A stretch of 64,000 bases of DNA from Octopus vulgaris (taxonomy: Eukaryota). Within the stretch, counting starts at the first letter, position 1, and the number at the start of each line of letters is the position of its first letter. The stretch covers positions 110,484,001-110,548,000 of the forward strand of contig OX597823.1 in NCBI GenBank assembly GCA_951406725.2, in the 5' to 3' direction. Positions 29,118 through 42,963 of this stretch are shown here, in pieces. The notes under the pieces were generated by a model. The model saw nothing but the letters and a program-made list of their open reading frames with translations, did no database searches and was not told the origin of the DNA. A program made the position numbers and the translations under genes.

Positions 29118-29995
29118 ATTATTTATGCAAACTATTGTCTACTTCATGTAGGATTTTTTCACAGGTTTTATTTGAGAACATTTTTTTTTCTGTTTGATTT
29201 CCAGAAGTTCATAATGTTTGCAAAGAGTTTATGATGCAATAGATGAAAAATAAATTTGCAGATACTGCGAATAGATATCCTTACATAAAGCAGTTTTGAT
29301 TCAAAGTTTTCAAACCCTAAATGCTTAGGGAAAAGACGTAGTGTTTTACAATACAGTCAATGGTGGCAGAATTATGAAAGTTTGCCTTCCAGCTATTGCA
29401 TTTGATAAACTCTTCTATTTTCTCTTGTGGTCTCCTTATATATTGTACAGTACAGTGGAGAGAATTGGAATAGTCTTGATTGCCTCATCCAATTAACAGA
29501 GAACAGTGATTGGTAAGAGGAATACATAGCATGGAGAGTGGCCTACGATATATGTAGTATATTTATAAACAACAATGCCAAGTAGCAGCTCCTCGATATA
29601 AAATAGACAAAAACTGAAACGACATATAGGAGCTTGTATATAGCAGATTAGAGTATAATATATATAATAAAGAAGAACACTTGATACCGACTTCGTAGAG
29701 TTTAATTACGTAATATAATAAAGTGATAGGATACAATTGGCTGCAAATTGTTTCGTGTATTATTTTAGTAAGACAAATACATTAGGATGTAATGGAACAC
29801 ACTCACATTGTAATTGACTGGTTCAGTAGTATCAATAATAGTGTGCCAAATTTTCACAATTTTGACGAAGTAGATTTCTGCTTTTCTATCCTTGAATGCA
29901 TACATGTTCACGTGTTTCTTTTATCTTTACTTGTTTTAGTTGCTGGCTATGCTGAGACATCGCCTTCAAGGGTTGAGTCGAGGTAAAATAACCCC

Positions 29996-30398
29996 GCAGA
30001 AACGTTAGTACGCCGGACGAAATGCTTAGCGGTATTTCGTCTGCCGTTACGTTTTGAGTTCAATTTCCGCCGAGGTCGACTTTGCCTTTCATCCTTTCAG
30101 GGTCGATAAATAAGTACCAGTTACGCACTGGGGTCGTTGTAATCGACTTAATAACCTATGTCTGTCCTTGTTTGTCCCCTCTATGTTTAGCCCCTTGTGG
30201 GTAATAAAGAAATAGGTATTTCGTCTGCCGTTACATTCTGAATTCAAATTCCGCTGAGGTCGACTTTGCCTTTCATCCTTCCGGGGTCGATAAATTAAGT
30301 ACCAGTTACGCACTGGGGTCGATGTAATCGATTTAATCCGTTTGTCTGTCCTTATTTGTCCCCTCTGTGTCTAGCCCCTTGTGGGCAGTAAAGAAATA
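29996..30398 (+). mobile_element. SINE family B dimer nested in an old family A copy
   Basis: The second unit restarts at GGTATTTCGTCTG (30215). Family A sequence flanks both sides. Confidence 0.8.
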
Positions 30399-30527
30399 GG
30401 TACTTGTTTTCTAAGCATGATGTTTATTATATCGGTCTCTTTCTGCCGAGCTGCTATGTTATGGGTGTTTAAACAAATCAACACCTGTTGTCAAGCAGTG
30501 GTTGGAGATAAACACAAACACACGCAT

Positions 30528-30567
<40 letters not shown>

Positions 30568-31449
30568 GATCGACTTCTCTTTCAGTTTCGATTTACCAAA
30601 TCCACTGACTACGCATTGCCCGGTCCGGCTTTATAGTAGAAGACGCTCACCTAAGGTACCATGTAGTGGAACTGAACCCGGAACAGTGTGGTAGGGAAGC
30701 AAACTCCTTACGGTTTAATCCTTGGAATAAATGCAACCTCCAGGATTCCTCTTCAAGGCTACCCGGATTGGTATGAAGAAAGAAGGAAATTATTCTCAAT
30801 CCAGAGGTCTGGTCCAAGAACTGGCGACAGAATTAAATCGGCAAAGGCACCCCATAGCAGGATAGGGGTTGTAGATCAGATTGCGTGAAGAACCCAAGAA
30901 CAAGTGTAGTCCTTATAGGCTTCCATGAAGTTTCTTACAGTTAAATTTGCCTCAAGAGGTTTTGGTCAGCCCAAGTCTATGATTTCAAAAAAAAAGCAAA
31001 AAAAACAATCGCTCAAAGTACTGTGCTGTAGGATTGAACTTAAAACCTCATAGTAGTAATCTAAACTTCTTGACCACTCAGCCATGCATACGCCTATGTT
31101 TGAACATTAGCTATTATGTTAATGATTTTGTGTGGGGGAAATATCTCACCACTGACACAACCAACTTCTTGCCACCACCATTTTATTACATGACCCAATC
31201 ACTCCACTTATTACATGGCTAAAGAGATAAAGAGACCTGTGTTTGTGTGTGTGTATAAGTCTCTTTATGTCTGTATATATATGTAGGTGTGTGTGCGCGG
31301 TTGTATGTACATATATATATATATATGCATATATGTGTGTACGTGCAAATACATATGCATGTGTGTGTGCGTTTGCTATTGCTTACACCATTATATTTAT
31401 GACCACGTTTGTGCCTAATTACATCTGAATATCTTTGAATGAATACATG

Positions 31450-31900
<451 letters not shown>

Positions 31901-32663
31901 GAAGAGAGGGTGGAGAGGGGAGACAGAGAGACGAGTGTGTGTGCGTACGTGAATTTGCGTTTTCGTAAGTATGCGTGTGAGTGTTGACTCCATGATTTCT
32001 TTTGCATATTCTCTATATGCAGACACATGAAGGTGTAAAGGATAGATGTTAATGGTAACTAAGGCCATATTAAAGTTGCTCGTTTATCATGGATAAAATG
32101 CAGGTCTCTACAAGGGATCAGGTCAGATCGAAATGGATTGCTGACTGTTAGAAATATTAATAAGATGAACGCCAAAAACTAATAAGGCCTGCTTTTTGAA
32201 GTTATTATAAATCAAGACGTAATAACCTAGACAGGTCGTGTAGCGAGGCAAACATATGTATGAATACATGTTTATTACTGTCTAGCTCTTTATGTATAGT
32301 TATATGTATGTAATCATACATTCTAATACACATTACTTTGTAAGCATACACACAAGCATACGTACGTGCACATAAGTATAGCCATTAGTGGCTCCGCATT
32401 GCTATGAAATGCAATTAAATGAAGAAATAGTACGCAATACCGATCGGTAGAGTAAAATAATATTATTTATTGAAAGCTGAGTCTGGGTGAATTACTCCTC
32501 TGAGTATCAGCTTCGGAAGATCGCTTCCCAGCGATGTAGTTCCCCCTTCAGTCCCACTAAATGGACAAGTGTTTTCTACTATAGACTAAAACAGTATGAG
32601 TCAAATAGGTAGACGAAACTGAAAGAAGCCTGAGATATGTGTGTGTATGTATGTGTATATATA

Positions 32664-32857
32664 AATGCTTAGCGGTATTTCGTCTGCCGTTACGTTGTGA
32701 GTTCAAATTCCGCCGAGGTCGACTTTGCCTTTCATCCTTTCGGGGTCGATAAATTAAGTACCAGTTAAGCACTGGGGTCGATATAATCGACTTAATACCT
32801 ATGTCTGTCCATGTTTGTCCCCTCTATGTTCAGCCCCTTGTGGGTAATAAAGAAATA
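32664..32857 (+). mobile_element. 5'-truncated SINE family B
   Basis: Family B body flanked by the direct repeat ATGTGTATATATAAA. Confidence 0.8.
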
Positions 32858-32901
32858 TGTGTATATATAAACATACATGCATTTACATATATCTATATCT
32901 A

Positions 32902-32964
<63 letters not shown>

Positions 32965-33026
32965 ATATATATATATATATGTGTATATATATATATGTAT
33001 ATATACGTATATACATATATACATAA

Positions 33027-33059
<33 letters not shown>

Positions 33060-33068
33060 CACACATGT

Positions 33069-33400
33069 ATGCAATGACCCAGTGGTTAGGGCAGCGGACT
33101 CACCGTCGTAGGATCGCAGTTTCGATTCCCAGACCGGTCCTTGTGAGTGTTTATTAAGCGAAAACGCCTAAAGCTCCGCGAGGCTCCGGCAGGTGGTGGC
33201 GGCAAACCCTGTTGTACTCTTTCACCACAACATTCTCTCAGTCTTTCTTCCTCTTTCTCTTGTACCTGTATTTCAAAGGGCAAGCCTTGTCACATTTTGT
33301 GTCACGCTGAATCTCCCCGAGAACTACGTTAAGGGTACACGTTAATTTCACGAGCAGGCCGTTCCGTTGATCGGATCGACTGGAACCCTCGTCGTTTTCG
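33069..33400 (+). mobile_element. SINE family C
   Basis: Homologous to 13958-14340. Confidence 0.8.
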
Positions 33401-33605
33401 GGATGATGTGTTACAGGGACTCACATGTCTAATTATGGACCAGATCAGGTCATATTTTGCCTACTCTTCCTTGAGCCTCCAGATAAAATCCGCCAGCGAT
33501 GTTTCATGCCGTTTAAGGATTTTTCGAAAGCTGGCAATGTAGGTGCGATGTCATTTTAGCAGATTGCTAAAATAAATTCACAAACACATATAATATCCAA
33601 AGGTA

Positions 33606-33700
33606 CATCTTTTTTTCCTCTGATGACATTATGCCCACGTCACATAAATGTAAATTCAGTATTTATTGAGTATAAATGGAAACGGCTGTAAGTGAAGATG
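33606..33700 (+). ncRNA. Type I hammerhead ribozyme motif with intact core
   Basis: CTGATGA (33620-33626), stem II CATT...AATG, GAAAC-GGCT-GTA. Imperfect stem I (CATCTT..CCT / AGTGAAGATG). AATAAA and (TA)n lie downstream. Confidence 0.65.
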
Positions 33701-33835
33701 ACCAATTTGCTCTTAATAAACAATTATTAACTTCCCAATCGCCATTTTATTTTGCTAAATATATATATAGATAGATCGATAGATATAGATATAGATACAC
33801 ACATACATACATACATACATACATACATACATACA

Positions 33836-33867
<32 letters not shown>

Positions 33868-34012
33868 AATATATAAATTAGAAAAGACACCTTTTATCAA
33901 TTGAAAATGAAAAATTAAATTACACCATCTAGAAAATTACATATAATAGAAATATTAAATACAAAATAACAATAATATACCGATATTAGTAAGTCAGGAA
34001 TAATATTCCCTC

Positions 34013-34069
<57 letters not shown>

Positions 34070-34566
34070 CATGACCATCTTGTTTAGCTCCGTTTTCCGT
34101 GCTGGTAGGCTGGATCTTCATGGTACAAATCAGACGTTCTCTGGTCTTACTGCTCATATAGACAGATGGAAATCACATCTTGTTACTATGTTCCATTTTG
34201 AATATAGCCCTTCATGTGGCCAGCTATAGTAACAGAATGCATTGGGTGTAACTTATCGTGTCACCAGTACCAGAGAGCACGTAGTAAATGTCAGTAGAAA
34301 TGACAGACAACTCTAAAACCAAAATTAATTGAAAGTGAACGGGGGAATGCTGAGAAATGAGATTCTGAATTTTGGTAAGTAGAGACAACTCTGAATAGGG
34401 GTTTAGTTTTATGAGATTTATAGTATTTATCAAAGCTGTCCATCTATTTTTCTGGACAAGAATTAAGCATTAACCAATTACATTTTCTCCTCACTGCTGG
34501 TGTAAAAGTAATCAAAATTCCTTATCTCAGAACCTTAAGCATATTTGCACTCACTTAACTATTTGC

Positions 34567-35294
34567 GGTGCTACTTTGGCGTGCGATCTATCTACCGTAG
34601 TATCCTAGTTTAGTGTGTGGACGACCGAGTACTAACTCAAATTGCAGTGCTACTTGTTGTTGATGTCCGAATAATGAAAAAAAAAAAGAAAACGGTTACC
34701 TCTCCGAATAGAATGCGAAGTTTGACACCCTTTTCGAGGACAGTGATATATAGACCGGTATTCTCCACTTGTGTATAAGGCGACGGGCTGGCAGAATCGT
34801 TAGCACGCCGGACGAAATGCGTAGCCGTATTTCGTCTGCCGTTACGTTCTGAGTTCAAATTCCGCCGAGGTCGACTTTGCCTTTCATCTTTTCGGGGTCG
34901 ATAAATTAAGTACCAGCTACGCACTGGGGTCGATATAATCAACTTAATCCGTCTGTCTGTCCTTGTTTGTCCCCTCTATGTTTAGCCCCTTGTGGGTAGT
35001 AAAGAAATAGGTATTCTCCACTTGTGTCGCGTTTTCGATTTTTCTTGCATGACGCTATTTCATCGATAACATGGGTCTGCTTCTTGTAATATGTATCCAG
35101 AAGATTGTTTTCTAGTAAAAATTCAACTGCTGCTTCCTCTGTAAAAAGTATACGTCTATAGAAATCCTTTAACACAATTGTAATGGTTAAAATTAACTCA
35201 GGTTAAGAGGGTCAGAAAAAGTAGACCACACGGTAAAAATTATTTCACAGCGTAGACAGGATACTGCGGTAGACCACAACGCTACAGTAGCACC
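34567..35294 (-). mobile_element. Non-autonomous Merlin (IS1016-like) DNA transposon
   Basis: ~50-bp imperfect TIRs starting GGTGCTACT. 8-bp TSD CTATTTGC/CTGTTTGC. Removing the nested SINE restores TEEAAVEFLLENNLL...YHCPRKGCQTSHSIRRGNRF. Confidence 0.75.
34777..35009 (+). mobile_element. SINE family B, full length, nested in Merlin
   Basis: 18-bp TSD GGTATTCTCCACTTGTGT at 34757-34774 and 35010-35027. Confidence 0.9.
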
Positions 35295-35952
35295 CTGTTT
35301 GCTCTATGTACAGAAGGTGTACCTGGGTAATTTTTCTGTCCCTCTTATAGATTACGATTACACAAAATATAGATGTTAACAGATGCTGAAGAGTAAACTA
35401 TAAATAAAGGCAGTTCTGGAAGTATAAACTATGGTAAATTTATTCTTGTATGTTCTCTACAATTTAATATACATATTACGACCAGTTCTTGTAATGTAAA
35501 TATTAAATAATGATAATGATAGCAAAAACAACAACAATAATAATAAATTTACTACTTTAGCATGTATTAAACGTTAGTAACAAATGTAAATATTTAAATG
35601 GTTTGAGTCGGTGTCCAGTGTAATATAGCAGCAGCAATGATTAAGAGTCTACTTAAGACATTCTAATAAACAAACATCTGCCAAAAGAGAAATTCTAAAC
35701 ATCAAAACAAATAGAATTGTAACAGACACTTGTCACTAACGGATGTTCTAATAGGTTAGTAGATAAATATATAATGATCTATAATGAAAAAGATACATAA
35801 TAAGCGACTTCAAGAACGATTTTATCTAAATAAATGACTATAGGAAGCATTTTTTAAAAAGGAAAAAGAGAAAAATGATATTGATATCCAAATATTGATA
35901 TACAAATTCATTTTGAAGCTGTGTGATTTTCCAAGAGCGAAGTTGGTTTTTA

Positions 35953-36010
<58 letters not shown>

Positions 36011-36022
36011 TACATACATACA

Positions 36023-36056
<34 letters not shown>

Positions 36057-36059
<3 letters not shown>

Positions 36060-36262
36060 CTTGTTTCAATCATTTTGACTGCGGCCATGCTGGTGCACCG
36101 CCTTTAATCGAGCAAATCGACCCCGGGACTTATTCTTTGTAAGCCCAGTACTTATTCTATCGGTCTCTTTTGCCGAACCGCTAAGTAACGGGAACATAAA
36201 CACACCAGCATCGGTTGTCAAGCAATGCTAGGGGGACAAACACAGACACACAAACATACACG

Positions 36263-36307
<45 letters not shown>

Positions 36308-36461
36308 GACGGGCTTCTTTCAGTTTCCGTCTACCAAATCCACTCACAAGGCTTTGGTCGGCCCGAGGCTATAGTAGAAGACACTCGCCCAAGGTGCCAC
36401 GCAGTGGGACTGAACCCAGAACCATGTGGTTGGTAAACAAGCTACTTACCACACAGCCACT
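36057..36461 (-). mobile_element. SINE family A
   Basis: Young, nearly full-length copy. Confidence 0.85.
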
Positions 36462-37219
36462 GCAGAGAGTGAGGAAGGCGTGAGAGATGTATGAGTGCAC
36501 AAACGAGAAATAAGAATACAACATAGAAACAATGTGAGAATACATATTTTAATAAAATTTTCTTCTTAGGGTCAACGACAGAACAGGACCCACGTCATGA
36601 CCTCGGAACATTCTCTACAAATGATGCATACACACACACACACCTCACATTCATTGAACACAATCAATATGTGTGTGTGCGTGTGTGTTTGTTTCTTTGT
36701 TTATCTCAATGTGGAGAAATACACGGATGCAAATAAAGCATACATATAGATATTCACAATGCTGGTGCATTGACGTTGAGTTCTTTCCTAAGGACTCGCT
36801 TTCCTCGAGCGAAATTTTGAATGTTACATTAAAAGATTTAAAAAATCATCATAAACCACCTTCTTTATGGTTCTTAAGCATATATTTGCCTTCATAAACC
36901 GAAGTGTGTTGAGTCGGGTGGGTACATGATGAGCTTCGTTGTTGACTTGTTCTATCTAGGATTATATATTTCGATCTATATCAATTTACTTGTATAGTGG
37001 TTTCAAAAGCGCATTTTTATAAGGAATCCTATTTGTCAACGTAGGTAATTTTACAGACAGATATTAAGAAATCGTTTTGGGGTATAATATATTTGATAAT
37101 TGTGGAAAATCTTAGATAATAATTGTTACGTTTCGATAATGGAAAGCTATTGTGTCATCGTTTGATTATTTCTGGAAAGTCAGATATAAGTGGGTGAGAC
37201 ATTGCCATGGTAAGCTGTT

Positions 37220-37535
37220 GGAAATATATATAGGTTTAAAATGTCTTAAAGCTTTGAAGATCTTATGTTCGCAAAAAGAGACTAATTCGTAGTTACCATT
37301 CGGTATATGGCTCCTTAATAAGAGTATATGATAGGTTTCATCGGTAGAGAGGTGACAGAGATCGTTGTTTCTTTGGTATGGTGGTGCGGAAGACAAAACT
37401 TTCCAATTAATGTCAAAATGTGTTGTTGTGAACATGATCGTCCATATGAGTTTAGATAGTGAAGTATTATTTTTCCTGTATCGGTTGTGAAAAGTATGCG
37501 TGTTAGTTATATCGTGGTTTGAACTGGATTGCCTT
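37220..37535 (-). mobile_element. Penelope-like element GIY-YIG endonuclease C-terminal remnant
   Basis: QFKPRYN*H / TFHNRYRKNNTSLSKLIW and FDINWKVLSSAPPY...CHLSTDETYHIL...N...ELVSFCEHK match the PLE endonuclease tail pattern (CxLCxxE...LN...S.C.H). Confidence 0.75.
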
Positions 37536-37584
37536 TCACCATTTTGGTGTTTTAGTGTTCGTGGTTACAGTGGCGCTATAAACG

Positions 37585-38505
37585 CTAATGTCTCATAACT
37601 GCATACTCACCATAAACTGACTTGTTCCTTTTTTTTCACAATTTTTGGTATGTATATGTCAAGTCCCTTGGACCAATACTATTAATACATCGAAAACCTG
37701 TCACCAGCATTGGATCACCAGTGTTGGTTAGCGGCATTGGATCATCAGGTTCTGTTTACCAGTCTTGGATCGAATGTGTATTGAGCTTTTTGCTTTTTTA
37801 TTTCATGAAAATATTCGCACAAAGGACACAAACAATTTTATTACATACCAACTGTTAACTGGTCTTATTAATAATCTGCCATTCTTCGGAATGATGTTTC
37901 TATGAAAAAAAGTTCTTCATGAAATACAATAGCAATGATGTAGCCTCTTTAACAGTGTTTTACATGAACAGAACCAGTCTATATTAATTGCAAATAAGAA
38001 AACATAAATTCAGATTTTTTAAAAGCTTGACAGCTTCCGATTGTCATTCTAAAATTTGGTATGTGATGGATGATAGTATCTTTGACAAATCAGTCTTAAT
38101 GTAGCAGTTTTACTACATAATATTACAACTTTCTTTAACGAATACCTGGGTGGGTCGAAATGTCATAACCTAATGATAGCACTGCTGAATTTATAGTTGT
38201 ACCTCAATGGTAATGGCCGGAGATGCTATACCGAAAGTGGTGAAACAAATGCAATGATCTGTGGCGATGACTAAACATTGATGAGCCAATACAGATTGTC
38301 TATTGGCGTTCAACCCAAATATTGACCCAGCAGAATACACTCAATTCTCTTGGTCCAGTGGTAGTGACTAAACACTAGTGATCCAGTGGTACTAACAAAA
38401 TATCGATGTATTAATGGTATTGGGCCAGGGGACGTAACACATTTACACCAAAAATTGCGACTAAAACAAGTTAGTTATGGTGTATATGCAGTAGTAGCAC
38501 ATTAA
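37585..38505. mobile_element. Old foldback/MITE-like element with ~170-190-bp diverged TIRs
   Basis: ACTGCATA..CACCATAA...CAATTTTTGGT...CCAATAC.ATTAATACATCGA...TGGATCAC.AGTGTT is mirrored at about 38340-38500. Confidence 0.6.
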
Positions 38506-38636
38506 CAATTTTTGCTATTGAATACTAAGTCAGCCCTGATCAAGCAAATATTTCATCGAAAATATTTTCAATGTTACATCACTTAACTTTTCCAAACATA
38601 GAGTACCTTTGACCAAATAATTCAATAAGGCTTACC

Positions 38637-38866
38637 TATTTCTTTACTATCCACAAGGGGCTAATCAGAGAGGAGACAAACAAGGACAGACAAACAGATT
38701 AAGTCGATTATATCGACCCTAGTGCGTAACTGGTACTTAATTTATCGACGCTGAAAGGATGAAAGGTAAAGTCGACCTCGGCGGAATTTGAACTCAGAAC
38801 GTAACGGCAGACGAAATACGGCAACGCATTTCGCCCAGCGTGCTAACGATTCTGCCAGCTCGCTGC
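38637..38866 (-). mobile_element. SINE family B, full length
   Basis: TSD ATTCAATAAGGCTTACC at 38620-38636 and 38879-38895. Confidence 0.85.
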
Positions 38867-39242
38867 TGGGTATGCCTTATTCAATAAGGCTTACCATCTT
38901 CAAGGTTCAGGCATTCGGACACAGTTGAGACGTTCACTTCTCAGCAATGTGGGTTGAAGTTTAGTTGCACTGCACAAAACTTAAAGCGAGTATCCTCTGT
39001 TATAAACCTGAGCTCAGAATTGAGCTCAGGGTTATAATAGAAGACTTCTCTTGTGAGAGAATTTGGTAAATGGAAATTCAAAGAGGCCTGGTATTTCGTC
39101 TGATTTTCTTTTTGTTTTTACATCTGTTTTTCCAAGCTAGTATGGGTTAGATAGTTATATTATTGAGTCTTTGGTTTACAATCGAATACCCTTCCTCTTG
39201 CTGAACCTTACCCGTTTATCAAGCAAGGGATCATTTATTTAC

Positions 39243-40116
39243 AAAACATAAATTTCAAGAACGGTTTCCATATGTTTGTTGCTAAGTAACTAAATTGTTA
39301 GTAACAGACTTAAAGATTAACTGCATACAGAACTGCATACAGATTCTCAGAACGGTCAGCTCACCACCAGGAACCTACCCCTTCAGCTTAAATCTGACCA
39401 ACACCTTTTCTATATCACTCCATACCTTATTTTCCTGATCCCATCTTTTCTGCTCTTTCTCTGTTTCTTCTAACTACCCCTTACAATAATGATGTTATTC
39501 ATACTCCAGTAAATATTAATCTAACTCATGTTCACTTGGGAAAACAGCTATAAAAGTTAACAAAGAAGCAAAAAGAGAGAGAAGTGAGTGATTCAAGACA
39601 GACTTTGCTGTTATTTTTGGGAGGTCGACCAATTTTGCAGAAGACCCATCAATGGTCTGAAAGCAGTATTTATGAGAAAAGTAAGCTGGTTTCATCTAAA
39701 GTGAACTCCCCAATATACTACAGTTCATAGAGATTCTCAGGACATTACAGAATATATCATGTTCATGTTTGAAAATGAAAAATAAACCTAAAAGCAACAA
39801 AAAATCATTTTGTCCTTATCAATAATGGTTTTGTCCTCACTTTCACTTATCATATAACATGAAATGATGGATGTCAAAATGCCAATGGTTTATCTCTATA
39901 TAGATAACAGATCTTTATTTTTATATCCATTATTATATTTATCAATATTAATGTTTTTCTTATTTTCTTATTTTTCTGTTTCAATTTTTTTTCCCTCCAT
40001 GTCAGATTCTATCTAGTGTTTCTCTCATAGACAACAGATAAAAATGACTTTCTATTTTTTTTTATAATTGTGTGTGTATATGTACTTGTGTGTATTATAT
40101 ATATATATATATGTAT

Positions 40117-40154
<38 letters not shown>

Positions 40155-40282
40155 TAAGAAAGAAAGAAAGAAAGTAAGCTGTTATGTATGTATACACATA
40201 CATATATACATTTATATATGTATTTAAAAATATATATATAAATATATATGTATATATAAATATAAATATATATATATAAATA

Positions 40283-40313
<31 letters not shown>

Positions 40314-40357
40314 TTATGTATGTATGTATATATATATATATATATATATTATGTATG

Positions 40358-40394
<37 letters not shown>

Positions 40395-40761
40395 ATGTAT
40401 GTATGTATGTATATATATATATATATATGTAACTGTTTACGTGAGTGTGTATGTAAGAGAGAGAAAGAGTAATGCAATAATGATAAAATAAAAACATAAA
40501 TTTCAAGAACGGTTTCCATATGTTTGTTGCTAAGTTACTAAATTGTCAGTAACAGACTTAAAGATTAACTGCATACAGAACTGCATACAGATACTCAGAA
40601 CGGTCAGCTCACCACCAGGAACCTACCCCTTCAGCTTAAATCTGACCAACACCTTCTCTATAGCACTCCATACCTTATTTTCCTGATCCCCTCTTTTCTG
40701 CTCCTTCTCTGTCTCTTCTAACTACGCCTTACAATAATGATGTTATTCATACTCCAGTAAA
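39243..40761. repeat. ~271-bp direct repeat (39243-39513 and 40491-40761)
   Basis: AAAACATAAATTTCAAGAACGG...CATACTCCAGTAAA occurs twice with roughly ten differences. Confidence 0.9.
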
Positions 40762-41713
40762 GCATAACATCACCACCTATAGGTCTCCACTACCCTTACT
40801 TCATCACCCAGTTTTCACCCATCACCCTCTACGCTCGATATCTCTTCACGGTCACTGGAACTGATAGAAATATCTGCTACATACCCCTCAAATTTAACCC
40901 TACCTTCTTAAAATAAGGAATGACATATTACTTATTGTGGTCGAAGAGATATACAAAAATACATAATGATCACAATTGGAATGTCTTAAGCAATAGATCG
41001 ATGATCTATTGATTGATAAAGATTGACTTGGAACTAAACAACATCACCAGCAACCCGCATGTACCTCTACATTATCGCTCAACTTTTTAGAAATCTTACC
41101 TGAAGTCTCATCCTCCAATCTTAAATAAAAGAAGAAAATATATTGGGTAGGTAGTCTTAAATACACAATGCCATGGAAAACGATGGGAATAATCATAGCT
41201 GAAACATTTTTAGTATTGCTTGATCAACCAGAGATGAACTAATGTTAAAAATTAGACCAACACAACCTACAACATATCTATTATCACACCTTGTATTTTA
41301 CAAGAGTCTCCACCGCCACCGTTTTTTTGTCTTTCATTACTGTTGACTCCCCACCTGACTTCCGTCTCCACATTAATGCTTTAATGTAATGACATTTCAC
41401 AGAACAAATTTATCTCCAGAAATGTTGGAGCAAAGATATGCACTAGTTGTTACTGTCGATGCTGTTGCTGTTCTTTAACCCCAGGCCGGCTATGATTGAT
41501 GACATTCATTATCAAATATGTTCCAGCTCCGACCATATCCTATCCTTTAATCTGACGTAACTTGAATTATCTTCAACTTGTCCCTTCTTTGTTAAGATAG
41601 TAAGGTGTTATTTTAATATTTCTCGCAAGGAAAGTAACCAGTTAGCAGTTTCCACTTTGGACTTGAGATATCCAGATGTCTATATCTCAAGGAACAGAGG
41701 CAATAAATAAAAG

Positions 41714-41751
<38 letters not shown>

Positions 41752-42052
41752 TAGCAGAAATATCGCCCTCTAGGCGGTTTTCTGCTAGCTACTTAGTAGT
41801 ATTTTCGCATTTGATTCCCATTTCTGATAATTTTTATATGTTACGCTTAATTAATTCTTTGTATAATAGTGCACATTTGCGTAGTAAATATTGTTTTCAT
41901 TATTTTATCACAGTCATAATTTCTCCTTTTTAAATAAACATCACGGTAGTCCAACAACAAAGGGGGAAAGTGTTTGTCAAGTTTTACCTTCCACTCAAGG
42001 CAACGACAGAGATTTCAATTCAGCAGCCCATCTGTAAGCTTTGCAGTGTGTG

Positions 42053-42099
<47 letters not shown>

Positions 42100-42540
42100 A
42101 TTGCGAACAATGAATGAAATAAACATGAAATGAAAAGATCGTATAAATAAAAGGGCACTACTACAGATGTATACGCCCCCGATTTTGTTGCCTCAAAACA
42201 TCCAGAAAAATGGATACATTTTAAAAAATTTTCTTCAAATGCTGCTTAAATGCTGAGGCTTTGGAGTATATAGGGATTTATGGGAAAGAAATTTTACTAG
42301 GAGAGCGGAGTTTCGGACAATTCACACAATCTGATGTTTTTCCCTTATAACTTCAGGAAGAAGTTATAATGAAACAACAGAGAGCAGTGAAACACGGCGT
42401 TGAATTTATCAACACAAAAGATGGTAACCACACATAACAACTTGAAAAAAAAGCACATGGGCTTCTGTAAAATAAGGGAAGTTTATTGCTTTTGTAATTA
42501 TTATTGTCGCTATTTTTGTTATTGTCATCCTTGTATTGAC

Positions 42541-42963
42541 TCTTGCTCTTTACTCTTTTACTTGTTTCAGTCATTTGACTGCGGCCATGCTGGAGCACCG
42601 CCTTTAGCCGAGCAAATCGACCCCGGGACTTATTCTTTGTAAGCCCAGTACTTATTCTATCGGTCTCTTTTGCCGAACCGCTAAGTAACGGGGACGTAAA
42701 CACACCAGCATCGGTTGTCAAGCAATGCTAGGGGGACAAAGACAGACACACAAACACATACACGCACACACACACACATATATATATATATACATATATA
42801 CGACAGGCTTCTTTCAGTTTCCGTCTACCAAATCCACTCACAAGGCTTTGGTCGGCCCGGGGCTATAGCGGAAGACACTTGCCCAAGATGCCACGCAGTG
42901 GGACTGAACCCGGAACCATGTGGCTGGTTAGCAAGCTACTTACCACACAGCCACTCCTGCGCC
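42541..42963 (-). mobile_element. SINE family A
   Basis: Young full-length copy. Confidence 0.9.

Noticed and set aside
29451-29512. Possible small plus-strand exon (pyrimidine tract-CAG ... TG/GTAAGA); other donor-like sites near 5818, 34375 and 44507
   Set aside because: No recognisable protein and no consistent multi-exon frame could be assembled by eye.
36783-36823. Hammerhead-like CTTTC-CTAAGGA-CTCG..CGAG-C-GAAA-TTTT-GAATG
   Set aside because: Invariant G5 is A, stem I is short and mismatched, and there is an extra base before GAAA; it could be chance.
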